Below, piece by piece: positions 10,578-19,231 of a stretch of 64,000 bases of DNA. This DNA comes from Candidatus Margulisiibacteriota bacterium. Lineage in GTDB: Bacteria > Margulisbacteria > Marinamargulisbacteria > JBFWNS01. The stretch is taken from assembly GCA_050250935.1 (NCBI GenBank), contig JBFWNS010000003.1, forward strand, positions 160,001 to 224,000. Direction: 5' to 3'. A program made the position numbers and the translations under genes. Position 1 is the stretch's first letter. Every line of letters starts with the position of its first letter. The notes below the pieces were generated by a model. The model worked only from the letters and a program-made list of their open reading frames with translations, made no database searches and was not told the DNA's origin.

Positions 10578-13500
10578 AGGCCAGCTTCGAAGGCGGCAAC
10601 GTCGTCGTTGCTTACGGTAAAGTACCGGGCCTGGGGATGGTGAAAGACCATGGCCGAAACCGAGGCCTCGGGATGCATCATAAATTCTTCAGAAAGGGTT
10701 ACTCCAATGGCGGAATCGGGGTGCATCAGCTCCCATAAAATGGCTTGGTCTTCCAATCGTGGGCAGGCGGGATACCCAAACGAAACCCGAACCCCGCTGT
10801 ATTTGAGCTTAAACAAATCCTCCAAATGGGTGTCGGCTGGGTCTGGGATGCCCCATTGTTTTCGAATATCTTGGTGAAGCCATTCCGAAAATCCTTCTGC
10901 CGATTCAAGCGCAATGGCCGATAGGGCATGGGCCTCAAAATACTGGCCCTCATTTAACAATTTTCTGGAGATTTCCATAACACCGTCGCCGCAAGTGGCG
11001 ATGAACAGGCAGATGGTGTCGCCTTCGGGATTTACAAAATCACTCAGACAAAGTTGGAGCCCTTCGCTTTGTCTGGGAAAACGGAATCGGGTTTTTTCTT
11101 TCAAGGTTACAGGATCCAAAATAACGATGGCGTCTCCCTCGGTTCGGGTTTTGAAAAACTGATACATCGCTTTGGCCGACATTAAATTTTCGGTCAAGAT
11201 TTTTTGCTTTAGCGTATCCATTTTTTGAACCAACGACAGGGCTTTGGCATCGCCAGTCTCCAGCATTTTTTTGACATTGCCTTTAAGGCCCATGTGGTTG
11301 CCATATAGCATTTGGGGATTAATGTGGTTCCAAATGTCCGACAGATTCCCTTCGACAATCACCGGGTCAAAATGAGGCGGCCTTGCCACCGCCAGGCTGT
11401 GATCGAAGACCAGTTGTTCTTTAAAACTGCGTTTGGAATCGCCTCTGCTAACGGCGCCTGTTGGGGCTTGCTCTACCTTGGCCTTGTGTTCGGCTAAGAA
11501 GGCGTCCCGTTTGTCGGGGTTAACCAAGGCATTGGCCACGGATAGTCCGTTCATGGCATCTTTGCAGTACAAAACAGGTCCGTCATAGTTGGGGGCAATT
11601 TGGGTGTTGGTAAAGGATTCTGTCAACGCCGCTCCACCCACCAAAATGGGCACAGCAATGCCGGCGGCTTTCAGGTCTTGGGCCGTAATCACCATTTGTT
11701 GGGCCGATTTAACCAGCAGTCCCGAAAGGCCGATTAATTGGGGCCGGTGGGTTTTGTAGGCTTCAATTAGGGTTTCTGGCGGACATTTGATGCCCAAATC
11801 GATAATTTTGAAGCCGTTGTTTCCCAAAATAATTTCAACGAGGTTTTTACCAATGTCATGAACATCGCCTTTGACGGTGGCCAATAACAGGGTGCCTTTA
11901 AGGGTGGTCTCTGTTTTTTCCATCATGGGTTCCAGATAGGCAACAGCCGATTTCATGACTTCAGCCGATTGTAATACTTCGGCCACAATCAGCTCGTTTT
12001 CGTTGAACATTCTTCCCACAATATCCATGGCGGCCATCAAGGGCCCGTTAATCACTTCCAGCGGAGTTCCTTGGGTCAGGGCTTCGTCCAGATTTTCGAT
12101 TAAGTATTCTTTGGTCCCCGAGACAATATTGATTTCAAGCTTTTTTTCGGTGCTTAATGTGGAGCGATCAAAAGTTTCCTTTTGGGTGGTAACCCGGTTT
12201 CTAAAATGAGCTGCAAAATTGGCAACAGGGTCGTTGTTGTTGTCGGTTCGATACCACAATAAATCGTCGCATAGCCTTTTTTCTTCGTCGGGGATTGCTG
12301 CAAAACGCTCCAGTTTTTCGGAGTTGACGATGGCATAGTCCAACCCTGCCTTGGTGCAGTAGTACAAGAAAACCGAGTTTAAAACCTCGCGTCCCGCACC
12401 GGGCAATCCAAACGACACGTTCGAGATCCCCAAAACGGTTTTGCATTTCGGAAAGGCTTCTTTTATTAAGCGAACCCCTTCGATGGTTTCTTTGCCCGAT
12501 CCAAAGTAATTTTCGTCGCCAGTTCCACAGGGAAACACCAAGGGATCAAAAATCAGATCTTCTTCGGGGATGCCATATTTTTCGGTGATCAGTTTGTGAG
12601 CGATTTGGGCAACTTTTAATTTGGCTTGAGCGGTTACAGCCATTTCATCTTGAATACAGCCTACTACCACTGCGGCGCCGTATTTTTTGACAATGGGCAA
12701 TAATTTGGACAAGGTTTTTTCCCCATCTTCCAAATTCACCGAGTTTAAAATGCATTTGCCTTGGGTCAGTTTAAAAGCGGTTTCCACCACTTCAGGGACC
12801 TGAGAATCAATCATAAACGGTACTTTAACCATCTTGGCAACGAAACCCATAAAGGTGGCGATGTCTGTTATTTCGTTTCGGTCTGGGTTGGAAAGACAAA
12901 CGTCGATCACATGAGCACCGGCACGAACCTGTTTTCGGGCAACTTCTGCGGCTTCTTCGAATTTTTCTTCGGTAATCAGGGTTTTAAACGCTCGAGATCC
13001 AATCACGTTGGTACGTTCACCCACAATATAAGGCCGACCCCCTTCTTCAATCACCAGGGGATCTATGCCCGAAATGCGGGTATCTTTAGGCGGTAAAACG
13101 GTACGAGGGGTATGGTTTTTAGCCGCTTCTACAAGTTTCTCGATATGATCCGGTGTTGTGCCACAACAGCCACCGACCAAATTCACCCAGCCTTCTTTCA
13201 TAAACGAAGCCAAGGTTGCAGAAAGAGCAATAGCCCCTTCGGGATAGGTTCCGTCGGCTAGGGGAATTCCGGCATTGGGAACCACAGAAATAGGAAAGCG
13301 AGAAATGGCCGCCAAACTGCGAATATGATCTCTCATAAATTCGGGGCCCGTTGCGCAATTCAGCCCAATGTACAGCGGATTCATGTGCTCGACAGATGTA
13401 TACAGAGCCTCGATGCCTTGTCCTGCCAACATCGATCCCATGGTTTCGATAGTCACGGAAATGGCAATGGGCAGTGTTTTGTTCGATTTTTCAAATGCAG

Positions 13501-14026
13501 CTAAAAGTCCACAATAGCCTGCTTTCAAATTCAGGGTGTCCAGTGCTGTTTCGAGCAATAAAAAATCAACCCCGCCTTCAATCAAGGCCATGGCTTGGTG
13601 TTCAAACTCGTCAACAAGGGCATCAAAAGAAATCCCGCCCGTCACGGAAAGGGCTTTGGTTGTCGGCCCAATAGAGCCTGCGACAAACCGTGGTTTATCT
13701 GGGGTGCTGTATTGTTTGCATAAGGCCACGGCCAATTGCGCCGATTTTAAATTGATTTCGTGGGCCAAATGACCCAGTCCATACTCGTTTAATACCAGTG
13801 GTGTTCCCCCAAAGGTATTGGTTTCAATAATATCGGCTCCGGCCTTCAGATACGATTCATGAACTGCAGCCACGGCCTCGGGTTTGGATAAAATTAAATA
13901 TTCGTTACAGCCATTGTAGGCCTCGCCGCCAAAATCTTCTGCGGTTAAGTTTTGGTTTTGAAGCGAGGTTCCCATGGCGCCATCGAGAACCAGAATATGA
14001 TTGGCCAATCTTGCTTGAAGTGACAT
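10574..14026 (-). CDS. metH: Cobalamin-dependent methionine synthase
   Basis: LDGAMGT, GLNCATG, GGCCGT, GERTNVIGS, B12-binding GDVHDIGKN and reactivation-domain SFGYPACP. Start set to ATG 14026 (MSLQARLANH). Confidence 0.97.
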   Translation of the reverse strand: MSLQARLANHILVLDGAMGTSLQNQNLTAEDFGGEAYNGCNEYLILSKPEAVAAVHESYLKAGADIIETNTFGGTPLVLNEYGLGHLAHEINLKSAQLAVALCKQYSTPDKPRFVAGSIGPTTKALSVTGGISFDALVDEFEHQAMALIEGGVDFLLLETALDTLNLKAGYCGLLAAFEKSNKTLPIAISVTIETMGSMLAGQGIEALYTSVEHMNPLYIGLNCATGPEFMRDHIRSLAAISRFPISVVPNAGIPLADGTYPEGAIALSATLASFMKEGWVNLVGGCCGTTPDHIEKLVEAAKNHTPRTVLPPKDTRISGIDPLVIEEGGRPYIVGERTNVIGSRAFKTLITEEKFEEAAEVARKQVRAGAHVIDVCLSNPDRNEITDIATFMGFVAKMVKVPFMIDSQVPEVVETAFKLTQGKCILNSVNLEDGEKTLSKLLPIVKKYGAAVVVGCIQDEMAVTAQAKLKVAQIAHKLITEKYGIPEEDLIFDPLVFPCGTGDENYFGSGKETIEGVRLIKEAFPKCKTVLGISNVSFGLPGAGREVLNSVFLYYCTKAGLDYAIVNSEKLERFAAIPDEEKRLCDDLLWYRTDNNNDPVANFAAHFRNRVTTQKETFDRSTLSTEKKLEINIVSGTKEYLIENLDEALTQGTPLEVINGPLMAAMDIVGRMFNENELIVAEVLQSAEVMKSAVAYLEPMMEKTETTLKGTLLLATVKGDVHDIGKNLVEIILGNNGFKIIDLGIKCPPETLIEAYKTHRPQLIGLSGLLVKSAQQMVITAQDLKAAGIAVPILVGGAALTESFTNTQIAPNYDGPVLYCKDAMNGLSVANALVNPDKRDAFLAEHKAKVEQAPTGAVSRGDSKRSFKEQLVFDHSLAVARPPHFDPVIVEGNLSDIWNHINPQMLYGNHMGLKGNVKKMLETGDAKALSLVQKMDTLKQKILTENLMSAKAMYQFFKTRTEGDAIVILDPVTLKEKTRFRFPRQSEGLQLCLSDFVNPEGDTICLFIATCGDGVMEISRKLLNEGQYFEAHALSAIALESAEGFSEWLHQDIRKQWGIPDPADTHLEDLFKLKYSGVRVSFGYPACPRLEDQAILWELMHPDSAIGVTLSEEFMMHPEASVSAMVFHHPQARYFTVSNDDVAAFEAGL

Positions 14027-14110
14027 AAGCCCGTCATTGTACTTGAAAGCCGTCTTCAGGAAAACCTTTTTGCTCGACAAAAAACCCAAAGATGTCGTTA
14101 TATAAGGCCC

Positions 14111-15337
14111 ATGAAAAATACCTATAACACTTCTGTGCTTAATTCCATCGTTATTGTGGCGGCTCTTGGCTATTTTGTGGATATCTACGACCTGGTTTTA
14201 TTCAGCATTGTTCGGGTCTCTAGTTTAAAATCCTTGGGCTTTTCTGGAGCTGCCTTACTTGATCATGGTGTCTTTTTAATCAATATGCAGATGTTTGGCA
14301 TGCTGATTGGTGGTATTTTGTGGGGTGTATTAGGCGATAAAAAAGGCCGTCTTTCTGTCTTATTTGGTTCGATATTGCTCTATTCTGTTGCCAATATTGC
14401 CAATGCCTTTGTACATACCATTCCCGCTTATGCGTTTTGGCGAACCTTGGCTGGCATCGGTTTGGCCGGAGAATTGGGGGCTGGGATAACCCTGGTTGCC
14501 GAAACACTTCCCAAAGAAAAACGGGGCTATGGCACCATGTTGGTTGCAGCCGTTGGTGTTTCTGGCGCCATTTTTGCAGGCCTTATTGCGAAATATTTTT
14601 CGTGGCGTACCAATTTTATCATTGGCGGTGGACTGGGTCTGTCTTTACTGGTTTTACGCATCAGCATGTACGAATCGGGACTTTTTAAACGGTCTGTGAA
14701 AAGCAATATTTCCAGAGGTAACTTTTTTAAGCTTTTTACCAAACGAGACCTGTTTTTTAAATATTTGAAATGTATTTTGATTGGAATGCCGAATTGGTTT
14801 GTCATCGGTATTTTAATTACTTTTTCACCAGAACTGGCCCAGGCATTGGGTACTACTGGTCCTGTGCATGCAGCAACGGCCATTATGGTTTCCTATGCAG
14901 GCTTGGTGGTTGGTGATGTTGCCAGTGGCGTTATTAGTCAACTTTTGGCCTCTCGCAAAAAAACCATGCTTTTGTTTTTGCTTGGTTCTTCAGCCATGGT
15001 TGCGCTAAATATGGTTGTCTTTGGGTTAACCCCACAGTTGTATTATGTGCTCTGTTTTATGCTGGGCCTCAGTTGTGGGTATTGGGCCATTTTTGTAACG
15101 ATTGCAGCCGAGCAATTTGGGACGAATCTTCGTGCGACTGTGGCAACGACGGTTCCTAATTTTGTACGAGGAGCGCTGGTGCCTATTTCTTTGGCCTTTA
15201 TGGCTTTAAAACCAAGCCTGGGCGTTGTTCATGCCGCCGCATGGGTGGGTGGTATTTGTTTGGTAATTGCTTTGTGTGCGGCAGTCTATCTTGAAGAAAC
15301 CCACGGAAAAGACTTGGATTATTTCGAAGTTATTTAA
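14111..15337 (+). CDS. MFS transporter
   Basis: About 12 TM segments; motif A G.LGDKKGR; FVDIYDL; AEQFGTNLRAT. Confidence 0.93.
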   Translation: MKNTYNTSVLNSIVIVAALGYFVDIYDLVLFSIVRVSSLKSLGFSGAALLDHGVFLINMQMFGMLIGGILWGVLGDKKGRLSVLFGSILLYSVANIANAFVHTIPAYAFWRTLAGIGLAGELGAGITLVAETLPKEKRGYGTMLVAAVGVSGAIFAGLIAKYFSWRTNFIIGGGLGLSLLVLRISMYESGLFKRSVKSNISRGNFFKLFTKRDLFFKYLKCILIGMPNWFVIGILITFSPELAQALGTTGPVHAATAIMVSYAGLVVGDVASGVISQLLASRKKTMLLFLLGSSAMVALNMVVFGLTPQLYYVLCFMLGLSCGYWAIFVTIAAEQFGTNLRATVATTVPNFVRGALVPISLAFMALKPSLGVVHAAAWVGGICLVIALCAAVYLEETHGKDLDYFEVI

Positions 15338-15551
15338 AGTTGTTGTCCGGTGCAATCCGGATAAACTGAATTTGGTTGGGATCAAATGGGGCAATCACGG
15401 GCACAAAGGCATCAGACCCAAAATGGCCGCCTGTTGATTCTTTTTTCTTTTGACCCCCACCACCGCCATACCCAGGACTAGAGCCTCCTCCGCCAAAGGA
15501 AGAGTTGCCTAGTGGGTTAATGAGTCGTGGGTTGAAACCGCCAAAATCCAT
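15330..15551 (-). CDS. Small Gly/Ser-rich hypothetical protein (73 aa)
   Basis: GAGG RBS before ATG and CCGATA boxes upstream; overlaps the MFS stop by only 8 bp. Confidence 0.5.
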   Translation of the reverse strand: MDFGGFNPRLINPLGNSSFGGGGSSPGYGGGGGQKKKESTGGHFGSDAFVPVIAPFDPNQIQFIRIAPDNNFK

Positions 15552-15605
15552 TGTTGCCTCATATCGGACTGTGTGTGGAGTGAGAAGAAGATTTTTCTTT
15601 TACAA

Positions 15606-15635
15606 TTATCGGGTAGAGCAGAAGAAAAATTTCAA
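15606..15635 (-). promoter_or_regulatory. Sigma28 (FliA)-like promoter TTGAAA-N16-CCCGATAA
   Basis: Resembles TAAA-N15-GCCGATAA. A second TCCGATAT box lies at 15561-15568. Confidence 0.45.
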
Positions 15636-15700
15636 GCAATTTTTAGACTTACATTTCCAGTATAGGGATTTGTACAAAAAAAGCAATCTGCTTTTAAAGT

Positions 15701-16117
15701 TCACACTGAAAAAGAACTGCCACAAGAGCAGGTCTTTTTGATATTCGGATTGGTTAGCGTAAATCCAGATCCTGTTAAGGCTTCAACGTAGTCCATAACC
15801 GAGCCAATCACATAAAAATAGCTGGTTTTTTCAATCATCACGTGGGCACCGTTATGTTCAAATATTTTGTCGCCCTGGGCTTTCGAGGTTTCTAGATCGG
15901 AAAGTGCCATGTCGTAGGACATCCCGGAACAGCCATCTTTTTTAACGGCCACTCGAAGTCCAAAATCAGCAACCGACTTGCCCTCATTTTGCAAAAATAG
16001 GGTTATTTTTTCTGCGGCTTTATCCGAAATCTGAATGCCAGAAATGGGCTTATCAACCCCAGTGGGAGCTGGGGCTGTAGCTACAAATACTTTTTTAACG
16101 TCACCGCAATCAGACAT
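15701..16117 (-). CDS. Iron-sulfur cluster assembly accessory protein (HesB/IscA/ErpA family)
   Basis: GLRVAVKKDGCSGMSY and NPN..KTCSCGSSF. Start set at ATG 16117. Confidence 0.94.
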   Translation of the reverse strand: MSDCGDVKKVFVATAPAPTGVDKPISGIQISDKAAEKITLFLQNEGKSVADFGLRVAVKKDGCSGMSYDMALSDLETSKAQGDKIFEHNGAHVMIEKTSYFYVIGSVMDYVEALTGSGFTLTNPNIKKTCSCGSSFSV

Positions 16118-16144
16118 AGGGGTATGATACTCCAAACCCCGCGA

Positions 16145-17200
16145 TTAGGCGATGGTTACCTCTTTGCACAGATAAACATCTTGAATAGCGTTAAGCAATT
16201 CCACGCCTTCTTTCATGGGTTTTTGGAAGGCTTTTCGGCCAGAGATCAATCCCATGCCGCCAGCACGTTTGTTAATAACGGCTGTGGAAACAGCGTCTTG
16301 AAGGTCGTTTTTGCCTGAAGGTCCACCAGAATTGATCAAGCCCATTCTGCCCATGTAGTTGTTTGCAATTTGATATCGGGTCAAATCGATGGGGTGGTCT
16401 GTAGTGAGATCGCTATAGACTTTAGAGCTGGTTTTTCCAAATTTAATGGCATTGAATCCACCATTATTGGTTGGCAGCTTTTGTTTAATGATATCGGCTT
16501 GAATGGTGACGCCCAAATGATTCGCTTGACCTGTTAAGTCGGCGGCTTCGTGATAGTCGACGCCATCTACTTTAAAAGAATTGTTGCGCAAATAGCACCA
16601 CAAAATGGTGGCCATTCCCAATTCGTGGGCCAGTTCGAAGGCTTTGCTGACTTCCACAATTTGTCGGGTGCTTTCTGGAGATCCAAAATAAATGGTTGCC
16701 CCAACGGCAACACAGCCCATGTCGTGGGCTTGTTTAATCGAACCGTACATGACTTGATCAAAAGCATTGGGATAGGTGAGTAGTTCGTTGTGGTTGATTT
16801 TAAGCACAAATGGAATTTTGTGGGCATATTTTCGAGAAACACTGCCCAGAACACCCAAGGTACTTGCTACCGCGTTGCAGCCACCTTCGATGGCCAGCTT
16901 AACGATATTTTCAGAATCAAAATAGATCGGATTTGGGGCAAAAGAAGCGCCAGCAGAGTGCTCGATGCCTTGGTCTACGGGCAAAATAGAAAGATAGCCG
17001 GTGTTGGCCAGTCGTCCAGCGCTAAATAAGGTTTCAAGGCTTCTTAAAACCCGGTTATTTCTGTCGCTTTGTGCAAAGATTTGATCGACCCATTGCCCAT
17101 TAGGAACATGGATAAGGTCTTTTGAAATGGTTTTACAGGTATGGCCCAAGAGGGATGTGGCTTTGTCGCCTAGAATGGTTTCAATGGTCTTGATTGACAT
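16145..17200 (-). CDS. fbaB: Class I fructose-bisphosphate aldolase
   Basis: [26 protein letters not shown] (Schiff-base Lys) and [10 protein letters not shown]. Confidence 0.96.
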   Translation of the reverse strand: MSIKTIETILGDKATSLLGHTCKTISKDLIHVPNGQWVDQIFAQSDRNNRVLRSLETLFSAGRLANTGYLSILPVDQGIEHSAGASFAPNPIYFDSENIVKLAIEGGCNAVASTLGVLGSVSRKYAHKIPFVLKINHNELLTYPNAFDQVMYGSIKQAHDMGCVAVGATIYFGSPESTRQIVEVSKAFELAHELGMATILWCYLRNNSFKVDGVDYHEAADLTGQANHLGVTIQADIIKQKLPTNNGGFNAIKFGKTSSKVYSDLTTDHPIDLTRYQIANNYMGRMGLINSGGPSGKNDLQDAVSTAVINKRAGGMGLISGRKAFQKPMKEGVELLNAIQDVYLCKEVTIA

Positions 17201-17329
17201 GGATTCTCCTTAAAAAATGGATGCTAAAAAAGTATCAGGTTCGGGGCAGATTGTTAATACTCGTGGTATACTGGGTTCAAAGGGGCGGCTTCATGTTCCC
17301 CCACATTTTACGATGTTAGGAGAGTCTTT

Positions 17330-17575
17330 ATGTCTCATCATGAAGAGTGCTGTTCTGGTGACCATGGGTGTTGTTCTTCCAAATGTTCTTGCCTCTGCCA
17401 TAAGACTTTGGCAGTTTTGGTTATTTTGTTCGGTGCTGTCTTTTTGCTGGGACATGCCCATGTGATTAGTCAGCATGCTGTGGATTTGGCTTGGCCGGCA
17501 TTAATCGTTTTAGCTGGTCTTAAAATGATTTTTTCTGGCATCTGCAAGTGTTGCAAAAAGAAAGAAGACGCTTAA
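17330..17575 (+). CDS. Small His/Cys-rich two-TM membrane protein
   Basis: AGGAG RBS; MSHHEECCSGDHGCCSSKCSCLCH, two hydrophobic helices, C-terminal ICKCC; followed by a terminator. Confidence 0.75.
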   Translation: MSHHEECCSGDHGCCSSKCSCLCHKTLAVLVILFGAVFLLGHAHVISQHAVDLAWPALIVLAGLKMIFSGICKCCKKKEDA

Positions 17576-17594
17576 TTTCTTTCTTATTTATTTT

Positions 17595-17630
17595 AACAAA
17601 AAAGAGGTCGAAATGGCCTCTTTTTTGTTT
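17595..17630 (+). terminator. Intrinsic, potentially bidirectional terminator
   Basis: AACAAAAAAGAGGTC-GAAAT-GGCCTCTTTTTTGTT hairpin with A and T tracts. Confidence 0.8.
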
Positions 17631-17677
17631 GTTTGGCCTCTTGCGAGGCTTGGTAACATCCTTTAAAGTAGGGGGCT

Positions 17678-18208
17678 ATGACTCAACACGTTCAACGAGA
17701 CCACTCGATTTTTCTGATTGTTGCCATGATCGGCTTTGGGGTGATGTTGCGCATTTTACCCCATCCTTTCAATTTTACCCCCATTGGGGCCATGGGGCTT
17801 TATGCAGGTCTTAAAACACGACAAAAAAGCCTAGCTTTTGGACTGCCTTTGATTGCGATGTTTTTAAGCGATCTGGTACTAGGGTTTCATTCTTTGCAAG
17901 TTTTGGTCTATGGGTGCATAGCCTTAAATGTTGCTGCAGGCTTGTGGCTGAGGGCTCATTTTTCTTGGGTTAAGTGTGGGGGATTGGTCCTGCTTTGTTC
18001 CACCTTGTTTTTTATGGTAACCAATTTTGGGGTTTGGGTGTTTAGTGGCATGTATCCCCATACAATGTCTGGGTTATTGTCCTGCTTTGCATTGGCAATT
18101 CCCTTTTTTCAAAACGCTGTGCTAGGTGATTTTGTTTATACCGGAGCTTTTTTGGGGCTCGATGCCATTGCCAGGCGATGGATTGTTTCTCGTTGGGTTT
18201 CGAACTAG
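17678..18208 (+). CDS. DUF6580-like putative transport protein (ECF S-component-like)
   Basis: RILPHPFNFTPIGAMGLYAG, PL.AMFLSD..LGF, F..TNFGVW, YP.T..GL..C...AIPFF.N. Confidence 0.75.
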   Translation: MTQHVQRDHSIFLIVAMIGFGVMLRILPHPFNFTPIGAMGLYAGLKTRQKSLAFGLPLIAMFLSDLVLGFHSLQVLVYGCIALNVAAGLWLRAHFSWVKCGGLVLLCSTLFFMVTNFGVWVFSGMYPHTMSGLLSCFALAIPFFQNAVLGDFVYTGAFLGLDAIARRWIVSRWVSN

Positions 18209-18211
18209 GCC

Positions 18212-18637
18212 GTGAAACGGCTTAACAAGCGGGTTTTAATCGCCGCTGTTTTGGGGTGTATTGCTCTGGGTTTTGGGGTAGGGCTTTCCAGTCGTTGGGT
18301 TAGTGTTCATCCCAAGTTTGAAACGGTTCAAAAGGGAGAGCGTGGGGATACGTATTTTGCCCAGCTGTCTTACCCTGTTGTTGAAGAAGGGGTTTCGGCG
18401 GGTGCCCGAACATCGTTTAACCGTCAATCAGAGTCTGTTGCAAATCAGATATTGCGTACTTTTTCTCGGTCTGTTTCGGCACTGCCACCTTTAAGTCAAA
18501 CTGAAAAACATCATCTTAACCTTACCTATGGAATCTCTCAAAAGTCGGCCCGAATTTTTTACATTCGCTGGAAACAAACCCAAACGATTCTGGGGAAACA
18601 AAAAGTGGTTATTTCGGAGTCAGAAATTCGGTTTTAA
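18212..18637 (+). CDS. Hypothetical membrane-anchored/secreted protein
   Basis: GTG start 3 bp after the previous stop; N-terminal hydrophobic segment; YP motif reminiscent of DUF4163-type domains. Confidence 0.6.
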   Translation: MKRLNKRVLIAAVLGCIALGFGVGLSSRWVSVHPKFETVQKGERGDTYFAQLSYPVVEEGVSAGARTSFNRQSESVANQILRTFSRSVSALPPLSQTEKHHLNLTYGISQKSARIFYIRWKQTQTILGKQKVVISESEIRF

Positions 18638-18727
18638 TACGTCTTTTTTGAATTCAAGACCTTTAATATTTGGCTTCGAGACGGTATAACTAGTTCTAGT
18701 TTTTCCTGGGCTTGAAAGGACATTCTT

Positions 18728-19219
18728 ATGAAACAGTTCATGATGATTTTGGCTCTGATGTGTGCTTTTTCATTGCCTGTTTTCCCTCAGTTGCTTGGAA
18801 GCCCAACTCAGGATATGGATATCCAACGTTTGGATGATGCCCGGGTTCAGGGGCTGCAAACGGTTCTCAAATTAAATCAAGATCAAGTGAATAGGCTTAT
18901 GGACTATCGTGCCCGTATTTTTAGAATATTTAAAGCCAGAAGCGACCAATTTAATGAAAAACAAGCAGAGGTGAACACCCTTTTGCGTGAATCCGAGTTG
19001 GATTTAACCCGAATTGCAACCCTTAAAGGCGAGCTGGCTGCAACAGCCAGAGATCTTCAAACCGCCAAGCTGGATTATCTGATGATTGTTCGTCAAACCA
19101 TTTCTGGGGATCAGTACACGGCTTTGTTGTCGGATATGAAAGTGCCGACGCCAAGTCCAGTTGTAACCCCCAATGTTACGACACCCTCTATTCAGCCTGC
19201 CCTTCAAAAAAAACCATAA
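18728..19219 (+). CDS. Periplasmic helical protein, Spy/CpxP/ZraP-like
   Basis: Signal peptide; LKLNQDQ...L and IS.DQ (LTxxQ-like) repeats; AAGGA RBS. Confidence 0.65.
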   Translation: MKQFMMILALMCAFSLPVFPQLLGSPTQDMDIQRLDDARVQGLQTVLKLNQDQVNRLMDYRARIFRIFKARSDQFNEKQAEVNTLLRESELDLTRIATLKGELAATARDLQTAKLDYLMIVRQTISGDQYTALLSDMKVPTPSPVVTPNVTTPSIQPALQKKP

Positions 19220-19231
19220 CAGGAGTTCCTT

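Noticed and set aside
14027..14110. SAM or cobalamin riboswitch upstream of metH (also checked upstream of 17678)
   Set aside because: The intergenic space is too short and occupied by promoters or a terminator; no recognisable riboswitch core.
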